Below, piece after piece: positions 39,054 through 49,677 of a stretch of DNA of 64,000 nt. The stretch's first letter is position 1. Each line of letters begins with the position of its first letter. The stretch is from NCBI GenBank assembly GCA_965216785.1, contig OZ244197.1, positions 1,376,001-1,440,000 on the forward strand. Direction: 5' to 3'. The notes beneath the pieces were generated by a model. That model was not told where the DNA came from. It did not search any database and was given only the letters and a program-made list of their open reading frames with translations. This DNA comes from Thermodesulfobacteriota bacterium. Lineage in GTDB: Bacteria > Desulfobacterota_D > UBA1144 > Nemesobacterales > UBA2774. Both the position numbers and the translations under genes were made by a program.

Positions 39054-40139
39054 TTGGAAATAGGCTATTTCACAATGCCCCTTCACCCTGCGGGTAGAGA
39101 CCTCTCGGAGACCATGGAAGAGGATCTCGAGCAAATAATAATACTTGATGAGCTCGGGTTTAAAGAGGCCTGGATCGGAGAGCATTTTACCGCCGGTTGG
39201 GAAAACATTCCCGCCCCCGATCTTTTCATAGCAAACGCGATCCCCCTTACAGAGCAGATTGTCTTGGGCACGGGAGTCTCGTGTCTGCCCGAGCACGACC
39301 CGTTCGTACTTGCTCACAGGATTGCGGTGCTCGATAACCTGGCCAAGGGCCGATTTTACTGGGGCATCGGAGCGGGCAGCTTCATAGGTGACTTCGAGGC
39401 GTTTGGTATAGATCCTCAGAGCGGTCAGCACAGAGACCTAACGAACGATTCGCTCGAGTTTATCCTTAACCTATGGAATGACCCGAAGCCGGGAAAATAC
39501 TCAAACTCCAGATGGAGCTTCACCGTGCCTGAGCGTCAGGATGACGTGGGACTCGGCGTACACACCAAGCCCTATCAAAAGCCCCATCCGCCGATTGCCG
39601 TAGCGGGCATAACTCAAAGCTCGGGCACTCTCAGAATCGCGGGCGCAAATGGCTGGATACCGATGAGCATAAACTTTGTGACAAAGGACGTTTTGAATAC
39701 GCACTGGGCTTCGGTACAAGAGGGTGCACGAAGCAAAGGGCTCACGCCGGACCGCTCCAAGTGGAGGATCGCGAGGGATATTTATGTGGCCGAAACCACT
39801 GAGGAAGCTGTAAAAGAAGTGAAAGAGGGCACGCTTGCCCGCGATTTTACAGATTATTTCTTCAAAATGGTCCCTAAAATAAGGGGCAACCTCAACATAT
39901 TCAAGACGGATATTTCGATGCCTGACTCTGCGGTTACGCCCGATTATATGCTCGAGAACCTATGGATTGCAGGAAGCCCTGAGGACGTAGCGGAGCAGAT
40001 TAGAGAGCTCTACACGCATGTGGGAGGGTTCGGGGTCTTACTCGTTATGGGGCACGAGTGGAAACCTAAAGACAAATGGGTGCGCTCGATGAGGCTTCTT
40101 GCCGAAGAAGTTATGCCTCTACTTAAAGATTTATCTTAA
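39054..40139 (+). CDS. LLM-class flavin-dependent monooxygenase
   Basis: GYFTMPLHP, LGF.EAWIGEHF, KPYQKPHPPI. In-frame TTG start at 39054 after GGAG. Confidence 0.88.
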   Translation: MEIGYFTMPLHPAGRDLSETMEEDLEQIIILDELGFKEAWIGEHFTAGWENIPAPDLFIANAIPLTEQIVLGTGVSCLPEHDPFVLAHRIAVLDNLAKGRFYWGIGAGSFIGDFEAFGIDPQSGQHRDLTNDSLEFILNLWNDPKPGKYSNSRWSFTVPERQDDVGLGVHTKPYQKPHPPIAVAGITQSSGTLRIAGANGWIPMSINFVTKDVLNTHWASVQEGARSKGLTPDRSKWRIARDIYVAETTEEAVKEVKEGTLARDFTDYFFKMVPKIRGNLNIFKTDISMPDSAVTPDYMLENLWIAGSPEDVAEQIRELYTHVGGFGVLLVMGHEWKPKDKWVRSMRLLAEEVMPLLKDLS

Positions 40140-40198
40140 CTTGAGCTGCAGGTATTGATTCTAAGCTGGGTTCCTTAACTAAATAAAGTAGTTGATAG

Positions 40199-40633
40199 TT
40201 ATTCCCCGCTCTCTACAGGCGTGGTCTTCTCACCCATATCAGATATGTACACAACTTTGTTTACGCCCTGGGTTTTCACGATAGTAAGCCCGTTCATGCT
40301 CAGTATTATTTCAAAGAGTCTCAGCACCTCACCCTTTTCCATACCCGCCTCAGGTGTTATGATGCTAACTTCCTTTGGCTTGATATTGTCTTCGATCAGA
40401 TAGACTTCTTCGTTGATTTCACTGACGGCTTTGATGAGGTCCACTATGTCCATCTCACGCTTTAGGTGCACGATGCCGTCTTCTGTTACGTACTTCTTCT
40501 CAGACTTTTCCTGCGGCTCCTTGGCCTCCACTGTGTCGGTTTCTGCGAGGCTGAGATGAGCGGCAGAAAAAACGCATAATAAAATCACGCAAAGCACTGA
40601 TATGGTTATGTGATTTAGTCTCCTCATGTCCAC
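40199..40633 (-). CDS. Exported protein consisting of a secretin (GspD) N0-like domain
   Basis: Signal peptide; MDIVDLIKAVSE....YLI.D....EVSIITP....E...LF..IL..NGL.IV..G..KVV matches the N0 pattern; no secretin core. Confidence 0.65.
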   Translation of the reverse strand: MDMRRLNHITISVLCVILLCVFSAAHLSLAETDTVEAKEPQEKSEKKYVTEDGIVHLKREMDIVDLIKAVSEINEEVYLIEDNIKPKEVSIITPEAGMEKGEVLRLFEIILSMNGLTIVKTQGVNKVVYISDMGEKTTPVESGE

Positions 40634-40695
40634 TCTTCCGGTACTCAGATCAATACCTTAGCGTAACATAGAACCATAAAAAGACGAAAGCTTTT

Positions 40696-41673
40696 TTATA
40701 TATACAGATCGGTTTCCTTAATCTTCTTTATCCGCTCTTTTCTCTCTTCTCTTCTCGCTTCAGCCTTTTTCCAAAGCCTTTTCTCTTCCGGAGTTTCAGG
40801 CGCGAATTCGGGCGTCGGCTTTGGCGAGCCGTCCTCTCCCACATGTACAAAGCTCAAAAACGCCGTACAAGTATGTCTCTGCTCTCCCGTCATGATGTTC
40901 TCCGAGAGCACTTTAATCCCAACCTCAAGCGAAGTGTTGCCTACGTAGGTAATCCCGGCTTTGAATATTATTATGTCTCCTACCTTGATAGGTGAGTAAA
41001 AATAAAGATTGTCTAATGAGCCTGTGACCAGAACTCCCTTTACGAACCTCATTGCGAGTATGGCGGCGGTTTCATCAACTGCCAGCATGAGCTTGCCGAC
41101 GGACATGAAGTTGCCGTAGAAGGTGTCCTCAGGTAGCACGACCCTCGTAGTCTCAAGGCGTTTCCTTACTATCTCGGTCTCATCTATTGTATTTCTTGCC
41201 TGATCATCCCTTTTGGCTACCTTAGGGAGCCTGCCCTCTTTTCTTTTTTGCGCAGCGGTATATAAAGTCATTTCGCGGTCGTCAGCGGGAATTATTTGCT
41301 CGTCCAATTTACGTGGGTTACCGTCCTTATCAACAGCTATAAAGGCCATGTGCGAGAATGTCGTAAGCGTTCTCTCCCCACTCTCCGGGTTCTCCGCGTG
41401 CACCATGACTCCCACTTCAAGTGAGCTGGACCCTATGTTCTCTATCCAGCTCTCAAGCACAACAATTTCTCCCACTTTAACAGGATTTACAAAATCTATA
41501 CTGTCCGTCGCTCCAAGCACTGTGATGCCTTTTGATACGCGTGAGGAGTTAACGCTCCCGGCCAGCATTATCCAGTCCATGAGCCTGCCGCCGTGAAGCG
41601 TCCCTTGGGTGTTTGCGTGCTCCGGGAAAACGAACTGTACCATCTGATGTCTTGTCTCTTTTATAGTCGGCAT
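40696..41673 (-). CDS. Tandem hotdog acyl-CoA thioesterase
   Basis: Two hotdog repeats (VFP.HAN..G.LHGG; VLP.D...G....G..M..VDE), each with G.SS/TSLEVG. Confidence 0.88.
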   Translation of the reverse strand: MPTIKETRHQMVQFVFPEHANTQGTLHGGRLMDWIMLAGSVNSSRVSKGITVLGATDSIDFVNPVKVGEIVVLESWIENIGSSSLEVGVMVHAENPESGERTLTTFSHMAFIAVDKDGNPRKLDEQIIPADDREMTLYTAAQKRKEGRLPKVAKRDDQARNTIDETEIVRKRLETTRVVLPEDTFYGNFMSVGKLMLAVDETAAILAMRFVKGVLVTGSLDNLYFYSPIKVGDIIIFKAGITYVGNTSLEVGIKVLSENIMTGEQRHTCTAFLSFVHVGEDGSPKPTPEFAPETPEEKRLWKKAEARREERKERIKKIKETDLYI

Positions 41674-41677
41674 AGGA

Positions 41678-42496
41678 TTATTTGTTCCTGTCTACGTGGA
41701 CGTCCATCTGCGGGAATGGGATAGAGATGCCGTTTTCGTCAAACGCGAGCTTTATCTTCTCTGTGATATCGAACTTGACGTTCCAATAATCGCCAGTCTT
41801 TGCCCAAGGGCGCACCGCAAAGTTTACACTGCTGTCCGCAAGCTCTCCTACCGCGACCACGGGTTCAGGGTCTTTCAATATGCGCGGGTCTTCGCTAATT
41901 ATCTTCTCTATGAGCTCCTTAGCCTTTTTGATATCGTCCCCGTAGCCTATGCCGAACACCATATCCACCCGTCTGTTTTCCCTAGCCGAGTAATTAGTTA
42001 TAACACCTGAGTATATGGATCCGTTCGGAACAATCACTTCCTTATTGTCTGGAGTTCTGAGAGTAGAGCTGAATATTGTTATCTTCTCCACCGTGCCCGT
42101 TGTACCCCCGGCCTCAACAAAATCACCCTCTGTAAACGGTCTGAAAGTTATTAATAGAACACCCGAAGCAAAGTTCTTTAGAGAGTCCTGGAGCGCAAGG
42201 CCAATGGCGAGTCCCGCGGCACCGATAAGCGCTATCAGCGAGTTTGTGTTTATACCGAGCTGGCTAAGGGCCGCTATAATCACAAATAGCAGGAGCAGCC
42301 AGTTGATGATGGAGCTTATGAAGTTTACAAGGATATTTTCCATTCCGGCGTTGCCAAGGGCTTTTTTGAGTATTCCTACCAGTATCTTGGAGACATAGAT
42401 TCCGATAATGAAAATCAGTAGGGCAAACCCAATCTTTATTCCCCATGGGTATAGGTAAGTGTTAGCGATTTCTTGAATGTTTATTGACTCGAGCAT
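41678..42496 (-). CDS. mscS: Small-conductance mechanosensitive channel
   Basis: GAAGLAIGLALQ..L.NFASG, RPF..GD, IVPNG, RR.D..GI.Y, IPFPQMDVH. Confidence 0.94.
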   Translation of the reverse strand: MLESINIQEIANTYLYPWGIKIGFALLIFIIGIYVSKILVGILKKALGNAGMENILVNFISSIINWLLLLFVIIAALSQLGINTNSLIALIGAAGLAIGLALQDSLKNFASGVLLITFRPFTEGDFVEAGGTTGTVEKITIFSSTLRTPDNKEVIVPNGSIYSGVITNYSARENRRVDMVFGIGYGDDIKKAKELIEKIISEDPRILKDPEPVVAVGELADSSVNFAVRPWAKTGDYWNVKFDITEKIKLAFDENGISIPFPQMDVHVDRNK

Positions 42497-42779
42497 TGCT
42501 ATTGTCCTCCTTTTTGAACCTTAAAGACACTACCATAAAAATATACGTACGAAAATTTTTCTATGTTTACATAAAATAAACATATTTTTCTTCAACTTAT
42601 CAACAGCATGAGTTTTTTCTTTTCTAAGGTGCAAGTTCCCATTTTGTCTGTTTCAAATATTGCGCAACTGACAATTTTTGTCATTATTTGGTGATTCATA
42701 TTTTCATCGCTTTGATATCAATAAAGTAAATGCAATAATAGAGATGGGTTGCATTCAATAAGCCTAAACATACGTATAG

Positions 42780-42795
42780 TGGCATGGTTTTTGTA
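42780..42795 (+). promoter_or_regulatory. Possible sigma-54 promoter
   Basis: TGGCATGGTTTTTGTA upstream of the REC-PAS-GGDEF gene; palindrome TGACAATTTTTGTCA at 42669-42683. Confidence 0.45.
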
Positions 42796-43060
42796 TTAAT
42801 AGTTCTATGTAGGGCTTAAAGCGAAGTTGATAAATAAGCTGCATTGTAGATTTAAAGCCGTATAGATGTAGGGGGTACGGATGATGGTCTTAAAATATCT
42901 GTCTATTAAATCTGATATTACCAGTCTATGCGTATTAGTATTGGAAGAACGTTATCTGATTTGCAGCTCAGAGACGGATAAAAGGGTTATAAAATAGCAA
43001 GACCTAATCCTTTTCAATCAGTAAATAAAGTTCCTCAGGGACTGCCAGGGTTTATGGATA

Positions 43061-44428
43061 TTGGCAAACGGTTATAGTAAAATTTCATTTAAGGATATGA
43101 ATATGGACGTGGAAAGAAACATAAATATATTATTGATTGAAGATAACCATGACTACGCCCGTTTGATAAATAGGATTATAAGCAATAAATCCTCTAATCT
43201 TATGGAAGTAGAGCACCATGAAACTTTTAAAAAAGGATACGAGAGACTCTTGCAAGGTGAAATCGACCTTGTCCTCCTCGACCTCGAGCTTCCGGATAGC
43301 TCTAATATAGATAAGATAGTACAAATTCACTGCTCTACGGATGTACCGATAATAGTGCTTACTGGTACGGAAGATGAGCAGGTTGCCATAAAAGCTGTTC
43401 AGATGGGTGCCCAGGACTACCTGATGAAGAACAACCTTGATAGCAGTCTTCTGGTACGCTCGATAAGATACGCAATTGAGCGTAAGAAAGTCGACGATCA
43501 GCTTAAAAGAACGGAAGAAAGGTTCAGGCTCCTTATTGAAAACGCAGTCGACCTCATAGCTATTCTTGATATAGACGGGACTATTAATTACACGAGCCCC
43601 TCCCATAACCACGTACTGGGTTATGAAGAGCAGGACCTGCTGGGAAGGAAAGCGTTTGAATTTATACACCCTGAAGACCTGCCGGCTGTTGTAGAAATAT
43701 TCTCCAAGGGAATTCAACAAATCGGCGAGGGCAATGTCGATGACGACATGTCGTATTCAGCGGAATTCAGGTTCAGACATAAAGACGGTTACTGGGTAAC
43801 TCTTGAGTCCTTCGGTAAGCTCTACCCACCCGATTCCGGAGAGACAGGCATTATTGTGAATTCAAGAGACGTTACCGAGCGCAAAAAAATGGAAGAGAGC
43901 CTGAGAAACCTGAGCGTAACGGATGATCTAACGAACCTTTATAATCGTAGAGGTTTTATGTCCTTTGCCGAGCACCACATAAAGACCGCTGATAGAAAAA
44001 AAGAGAGGATGATGCTGATTCTCATCGACCTTGACGACCTTAAGAAGATAAACGATGCCTTCGGGCACAAAGAAGGTGATATGGCTTTGATTGATACGGC
44101 AGAGGTCATTAACAGTACCTTCCGCAAATCCGACCTGATTGCCAGGGTAAGCGGAGACGAGTTTGTAGTGCTTACTTCCGATACCAAGCTAAACGCGACA
44201 GAGGCCATCAGGATGCGGCTTCTAAAAAACATAGAAGCGCACAACGCAAAGCAAAAACGGCTGTACAAGCTCTCTTTGAGCTTTGGAATTGCAGTTTATG
44301 AACCTGATAATCCATGTTCTATAGACAGGCTCATTGTAGAGGCGGATGAGCTTATGTATATGGAGAAGCATAAGAAAGATGAGCATTCCGAGGGTATGGT
44401 TGTAAATATGAACAGAAGCGGAAAGTAG
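43061..44428 (+). CDS. REC-PAS-GGDEF diguanylate cyclase response regulator
   Basis: LLIEDN...LLDL.LPD REC; PAS (FIHPED); TDDLTNLYNRR, RKSD I-site, SGDEF active site. Start may be later (~43097). Confidence 0.9.
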   Translation: MANGYSKISFKDMNMDVERNINILLIEDNHDYARLINRIISNKSSNLMEVEHHETFKKGYERLLQGEIDLVLLDLELPDSSNIDKIVQIHCSTDVPIIVLTGTEDEQVAIKAVQMGAQDYLMKNNLDSSLLVRSIRYAIERKKVDDQLKRTEERFRLLIENAVDLIAILDIDGTINYTSPSHNHVLGYEEQDLLGRKAFEFIHPEDLPAVVEIFSKGIQQIGEGNVDDDMSYSAEFRFRHKDGYWVTLESFGKLYPPDSGETGIIVNSRDVTERKKMEESLRNLSVTDDLTNLYNRRGFMSFAEHHIKTADRKKERMMLILIDLDDLKKINDAFGHKEGDMALIDTAEVINSTFRKSDLIARVSGDEFVVLTSDTKLNATEAIRMRLLKNIEAHNAKQKRLYKLSLSFGIAVYEPDNPCSIDRLIVEADELMYMEKHKKDEHSEGMVVNMNRSGK

Positions 44429-44691
44429 CGGTAATTTGGTTTGCCAATTAATATTGCCGGGTTTCTAATCGACCTGCATTCATGATAGGTTTCCGCATAT
44501 CGAGTACTCTGAAGTAGAGTCTCGTATTACATTTTTTTGTTTTAAATTGACAATTCCTGAATTTTACATTACCTCAACTTTGTCATCTTGCACTGTTTAT
44601 TTTGACACAATACGTACCAAACCCCCCTTATTCTTTACTTTTATCTGAATAAATAAACTGTAATTACAGTGCATTACACAATCGTTTGTAT

Positions 44692-44707
44692 TGGTACAGT
44701 TATTGCT
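44692..44707 (+). promoter_or_regulatory. Possible sigma-54 promoter
   Basis: TGGTACAGTTATTGCT, ~70 bp upstream of the hybrid kinase. Confidence 0.55.
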
Positions 44708-44776
44708 TAATAAATATGTGTTACACAAAACACTGGATATCAGAAACAGTGCTATTAAATTATTGAGGAGCTTAAG

Positions 44777-46723
44777 GTGGTAGAAAGCAGGACTAACATA
44801 CTTCTAGTAGAGGACAATCTAAGTTATTCAAAGCTTGTGGAAAAGATGCTGGGCGAATCGGGCGGCGTCGCCCGGATTGAGCTCAGTGTCGATACAATTG
44901 CGAAAGGGCTCAATGCGCTCGATAATACAGACTTCGACCTTGTGCTTCTTGACCTCAATCTCCCGGATTCGGAAGGACTTGATACGTTTAACACCTTGCA
45001 TGAGCACAATCCGGATATACCCGTGATAGTGCTTACCGCGATGAGCGACGAACGAAAAGCCGTTCAGGCTGTCAAGTCGGGTGCTCAGGACTACCTGATA
45101 AAGGGCGAAGTGGATGGCAGGCAAATTTACCGCTCAATACGCTATGCTGTCGAGCGCCAGCGGGAAATGAATAAGATAAAGCGTATGGACCAAGCTCTGT
45201 GCCGTGAAAAAGAACGCCTTTCCGTAACACTCGCTTCCATTGGTGACGGAGTAATAACAACGGACACCGAAGGCACAATCGATTCATTAAATAGTGTGGC
45301 GGAAAATTTGAGCGGCTGGTCTAGTGAAGAAGCCGCGGGAAAAAACATAGAAGAGGTCTTTTTATTAATAGATGAAAAATCGGGAGAGAGGAAAGAGAAC
45401 CCGGTAACCAGAGCTATTAATGCAAACGAAGCAGTAGGTCTCCATAAGGGCACGGTTCTTGTGACTAAGGGCAGAGAGGAATTCCGTTACGTCTCGGCAA
45501 GCTCCTCGCCTATAAGGGACAATGACGGCATAATTATCGGAGTGGTATTGGTATTCAGAGATATAACACAAAGAAAGAAAATGGAAGATGAGCTGCTTAA
45601 GGCTCAAAAATTAGAGTCCATAGGTTTATTGGCGGGCGGCATTGCTCATGATTTCAACAACCTCCTCACTGCGATAATGGGTAACATCTCACTATCTAAG
45701 GTGTCGGAAACCAAGGATGACAATACGAGAAAAAGGCTGCTCGAAGCCGAGGGTGCCTGTGAAAAGGCAAAGAATCTAGCGAGTCAGCTCCTGACATTTT
45801 CAAAAGGCGGTGTACCTGATTCCAGAGAGTCAACATCCCTTGAGAAAGTGATCAGGGATACTGCTAGTTTTACTATGAGCGGATCGGATCTGGACTTTAA
45901 TTTCGTGGTCGATAAAGATATCTGGCCGGTCGAAATCGATCAGGGACAGATCAGCCAGGTTATAAGCAACCTTTTGATCAACGCCTCGCAGGCCATGGCT
46001 AAGGAAGGAAAGATAACCATAAAGCTGGAGAATACCCAGGCGAGTAAAGAAAAAGGGGTTCCCCTCATAGGAGATAAATACGTAAAAGCCACAGTAGAGG
46101 ATGAGGGTATCGGTATACCCCATGAGTATTTATCCAAAATTTTCGATCCCTACTTCACGACCAAGCAGAGCGGCAGCGGTCTCGGGCTTGCTACTTCATA
46201 CTCAATTATCAAAAACCACGGCGGATATATAGCGGTTGATTCAGAGCTTCATGAGGGCACGAAATTTTATCTGTATATTCCCGCAAACGGCAAGTTGAAC
46301 GGCTCTGCAATACCCAAAGAGAACGATATTGTCTGGGGAAGCGGCAGGGTGCTTCTGATGGATGACAAACATGAAATTCTAGAGGCCGCCGGTGAAATGC
46401 TGAGTCATATCGGCTACGAAGTCGATTACGCGAAGGACGGAAGCGAGGCGCTGCAAAAATATAAATCGGCACGTATGAGCGGAAAACCTTTTGATAGCGT
46501 AATAATGGACCTTACGATCCCGGGAGGTATGGGCGGAGAGGAAGCTCTTCGAAAGCTCCGCGTGATTGATCCGGACGTTAAAGCTATAGTATCGAGCGGC
46601 TACTCGAGTGACCCTATAATGGCTAAATACAAGAAGTACGGGTTTAAAGCAGTTCTTCCAAAACCATATGAGGTAAAGAAGCTTAGCTCTGTCTTAAGCC
46701 ACGTACTGCTGGAAAGCAATTAA
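44777..46723 (+). CDS. Hybrid sensor histidine kinase (REC-PAS-HisKA-HATPase-REC)
   Basis: GGIAHDFNNLL H-box, N/G1/F/G2 boxes (FDPYFTTK..GSGLGL), receiver domains at both ends. Confidence 0.93.
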   Translation: MVESRTNILLVEDNLSYSKLVEKMLGESGGVARIELSVDTIAKGLNALDNTDFDLVLLDLNLPDSEGLDTFNTLHEHNPDIPVIVLTAMSDERKAVQAVKSGAQDYLIKGEVDGRQIYRSIRYAVERQREMNKIKRMDQALCREKERLSVTLASIGDGVITTDTEGTIDSLNSVAENLSGWSSEEAAGKNIEEVFLLIDEKSGERKENPVTRAINANEAVGLHKGTVLVTKGREEFRYVSASSSPIRDNDGIIIGVVLVFRDITQRKKMEDELLKAQKLESIGLLAGGIAHDFNNLLTAIMGNISLSKVSETKDDNTRKRLLEAEGACEKAKNLASQLLTFSKGGVPDSRESTSLEKVIRDTASFTMSGSDLDFNFVVDKDIWPVEIDQGQISQVISNLLINASQAMAKEGKITIKLENTQASKEKGVPLIGDKYVKATVEDEGIGIPHEYLSKIFDPYFTTKQSGSGLGLATSYSIIKNHGGYIAVDSELHEGTKFYLYIPANGKLNGSAIPKENDIVWGSGRVLLMDDKHEILEAAGEMLSHIGYEVDYAKDGSEALQKYKSARMSGKPFDSVIMDLTIPGGMGGEEALRKLRVIDPDVKAIVSSGYSSDPIMAKYKKYGFKAVLPKPYEVKKLSSVLSHVLLESN

Positions 46724-46762
46724 CCCGGCGGGCGGTGGCGCGGCAATGGGCTCGCATTGGTA

Positions 46763-48586
46763 TCACTTGGCAAGCTCAAATCCCTCACCTACCATGGCTC
46801 TGAGTAGATCGAGTCCTCCCTGCCAGAAGCCGGGGTCGTTTATATCTACTCCAACGCGCTCTAACAGCTTTTCAGGGGCCTGACTTCCTCCCGATGATAG
46901 TAGTCCTATATATCTTGGAACAAAACTGTCACCTTCAATCTGATATTTGTTATATAGAGCGAGCACTAAGAGCTCTCCGAACGAGTATGCGTAGCAGTAA
47001 AACGGTGAGTGTATAAAGTGCGGTATGTACATCCACCAGTTCGAGTACTCGGCTGTGAGTGTGACCGAGCTTCCGTACATGGGTTTGTTGGCCCCGGTCC
47101 ATAGCTCGTTTATCCTCTCCGTAGTAAGCTCTCCTTCCTCCCTTCTTGCTATATGGAGCTTCTCCTCGAACTTAGTAAGCACTACCTGCCTGAACACTGT
47201 CGCGAAGATGTCCTCAAGCTTGCCGCAAATTAGAGCGAGTTTGGTTTTCGGGTCGTTCTCGTTCTCCATTAGCTTATGGAACACGAGCATCTCGGCGAAC
47301 ACGCTCGCAGTCTCTGCCGTGGTAAGCGGGGTGTCGGATTCAAAGTACCCTTGTTTTCTTGATAGGTACTGATGCACACCGTGTCCGAGCTCGTGCGCTA
47401 GCGTCATTACGTCCCGCATTCTTCCGGTGTAGTTTACAAATACGTACGGGTGCGCGCTCGGCACCGTGCCGTGGCTGAAAGCCCCTCCTCTTTTACCGCT
47501 GCGGGTCTCGGCATCAATCCAGTTTTTTTCAAAGAACATATCGGCAATCCCCGCCATCCTGGGGGAAAATTCGCCGAACGACTCGATTATTATTTTCCGG
47601 GCTGTCTTATATGTAATGATTTTTGTATCGGCAAAGATGGGGGCGTAGCGGTCATAATCGTAGAACCTGCTTATTCCCAGGAGTTTCTTCTTGAGCTTAT
47701 AGTAGCTCTCTACCATATCGTAGTTTTTCTCACACGATGTAATCAGGGAATCGACGGTTTCTTTTTCGATTTCATTGTCCAGGTGGCGCGAGTCCATGGG
47801 GTAATCGAAAGAGCGGAGCCTGTCGTTGGTGGCGTGGTCGTATACCAAGGTATTGAATATGTAAGTCAGTACATGAGAGTTCTCTAATAATCCGTTTGTA
47901 AGACCCTTCGCGGCCGCTTTTCTCTTGTCGCGCACGGGGTCGTACAAGAGCGCAAGCGTCTCGGTCTCGCTCATAGAATGGGTCTTCTTACCGATTTTTA
48001 CTTTAAATGATATGTTGTTCAAAAGCTCGTCGAACAAACGCCTGAAAGCCCGCCCGCCCGTGTTGGCTTTCTCGTCCATAATTTTTTCTTCGGGCTCGCT
48101 GAGCCTATGGGGCTTGTAGCGCCTTTCACGCTCAAGGAAATGCTTATACTCTGAAAGCTCGGGCGACTTAAGCAGCTCCGTCACTTTTTTTTCACTAAGC
48201 TCCACCCATTCGAGCTCAAAGAATATGAGGTGCCCCCGGAGCTTTGTAGAGGATTCCTGAACACTCTGCAGGAAAGCCCCGTGCTCGGGCTTTGAAGTAT
48301 CCGCGGCAAACACAAGGTATGCGTATGAGAGGAGCTTGCCGATCCTCTCGCTTATGCTCTCAAGCTCTTTTACCGCGTTTGATAGTTTCTTGGGTGTTAA
48401 GGACTTAGAGTTTATCTTGCCCCTGTATGTCTTCTCAAATTTTTCCGCTCTCTTGAGCAGGCTTTTTCTGTCTCTTTCAATCCTCGGGTCATTAAGTCCT
48501 GAGTACAGGTCCTTTAAATCCCACTTAACGCCTTCTGATCCGAGTTTTGGTTTTTTAGGTTTTGGTTTTTTCGCAGCTTCTGCCAT
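46763..48586 (-). CDS. M3 family oligoendopeptidase (PepF-like)
   Basis: WDL.DLY, GK.GGAF, TLAHELGHGVH, AETASVF.E, HF...PFY.YAY.FG. Confidence 0.92.
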   Translation of the reverse strand: MAEAAKKPKPKKPKLGSEGVKWDLKDLYSGLNDPRIERDRKSLLKRAEKFEKTYRGKINSKSLTPKKLSNAVKELESISERIGKLLSYAYLVFAADTSKPEHGAFLQSVQESSTKLRGHLIFFELEWVELSEKKVTELLKSPELSEYKHFLERERRYKPHRLSEPEEKIMDEKANTGGRAFRRLFDELLNNISFKVKIGKKTHSMSETETLALLYDPVRDKRKAAAKGLTNGLLENSHVLTYIFNTLVYDHATNDRLRSFDYPMDSRHLDNEIEKETVDSLITSCEKNYDMVESYYKLKKKLLGISRFYDYDRYAPIFADTKIITYKTARKIIIESFGEFSPRMAGIADMFFEKNWIDAETRSGKRGGAFSHGTVPSAHPYVFVNYTGRMRDVMTLAHELGHGVHQYLSRKQGYFESDTPLTTAETASVFAEMLVFHKLMENENDPKTKLALICGKLEDIFATVFRQVVLTKFEEKLHIARREEGELTTERINELWTGANKPMYGSSVTLTAEYSNWWMYIPHFIHSPFYCYAYSFGELLVLALYNKYQIEGDSFVPRYIGLLSSGGSQAPEKLLERVGVDINDPGFWQGGLDLLRAMVGEGFELAK

Positions 48587-48625
48587 TTAAGTCTCCCGGT
48601 ACTTTTCTTCGATGATTAGTCCTGG

Positions 48626-49087
48626 TTATTCCCCTTGCGCTTTCTCGAGCTCTTGCTTTACAAGCTTGTTAACGAGGGCCCCGTCCGCCTTTCCCTTCAC
48701 CTTGGGCATGACCTCTTTCATCACCTTGCCCATGTCTTTCATTCCCTGAGCGCCGCTCTGCGCGATCGCGGCTGAGACTAGAGAGCGTATTTCATCCTCT
48801 CCCATCTGCTCGGGCATATATTTTAGGAGTATGTCCATCTCTGCAGTCTCGTCCGCCGCCGCATCGGGTCTTCCGACCTTTTCATACTCCTTTGCGGCTT
48901 CTCTTCGTTTTTTTATCTCAGTGCTGATTACCGCTATAACTTCCTCATCCGTAAGCTCCCTCTTATTATTTTCTATCTCCCTGTTTTTAATCGCTGACTG
49001 AAGCATGCGGAGCACTGTAAGCTCAAGCGTGTTTTTATTCTTTAAGGCGCTCTTAAGATCCTCTGGTATCTGGTCTCTAAGGCTCAT
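48626..49087 (-). CDS. GatB/YqeY domain protein
   Basis: DLK.A.K......LR.L..AIK, KR.E....Y...GR, YMP.Q, DMGKVM, G.ADG. Confidence 0.92.
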   Translation of the reverse strand: MSLRDQIPEDLKSALKNKNTLELTVLRMLQSAIKNREIENNKRELTDEEVIAVISTEIKKRREAAKEYEKVGRPDAAADETAEMDILLKYMPEQMGEDEIRSLVSAAIAQSGAQGMKDMGKVMKEVMPKVKGKADGALVNKLVKQELEKAQGE

Positions 49088-49140
49088 TTTTCTTTCTCCT
49101 TTTTTCCCTCGATATATTCAGCACTTACTTGCCAATTAAT

Positions 49141-49677
49141 CTAATCTAACACATATATTGCCGGCAGGTTTCGGCCCCTCTCGGCATAGTCCGTCCCGTA
49201 GCCTACAATAAATCCTCCCTCGATCTCAAACCCCAGATAATCCGCTTTAATGTCACTCTCTCTTCGCTCTTTCTTATCGATCAGGGCGCATATTTTAAAA
49301 GACGCGGGCTCTTTTGCAAGTACCTTCGCTTTTATTAAATCGAGTGTGCCTCCCGTATCCAAGAGGTCCTCCACCAAAATTACGTCTCTTCCCATTGGGG
49401 AAATACCGCTTTCTTGAAGAAGCTCTACCTCTCCCGGACTATCTCTTTCTCCGTAGCTCGATACTCTCAGAAAATCAATCTCGATTTCTAACTCGATCTG
49501 TCTTGTAAGATCGGCAAGGAATATGAATCCGCCCTTTAATATACCCAGCAACAGAGGGTTTTTCCCTTTGTAGTCCCTAGTGATTTCTTGCGCGAGCTCG
49601 CGCACGCGGCGTGAGATCCGTTCCTCAGAGATTAAGGGTTTAAGCGCCCGCCCGTTTATTTCATCCAACATGGGCAT
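49141..49677 (-). CDS. hpt: Hypoxanthine phosphoribosyltransferase
   Basis: ILKG.F.F.ADL, VSSYG, VILVED..DTG.TL, F.VGYG.DY.E..RNLP. Confidence 0.93.
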   Translation of the reverse strand: MPMLDEINGRALKPLISEERISRRVRELAQEITRDYKGKNPLLLGILKGGFIFLADLTRQIELEIEIDFLRVSSYGERDSPGEVELLQESGISPMGRDVILVEDLLDTGGTLDLIKAKVLAKEPASFKICALIDKKERRESDIKADYLGFEIEGGFIVGYGTDYAERGRNLPAIYVLD

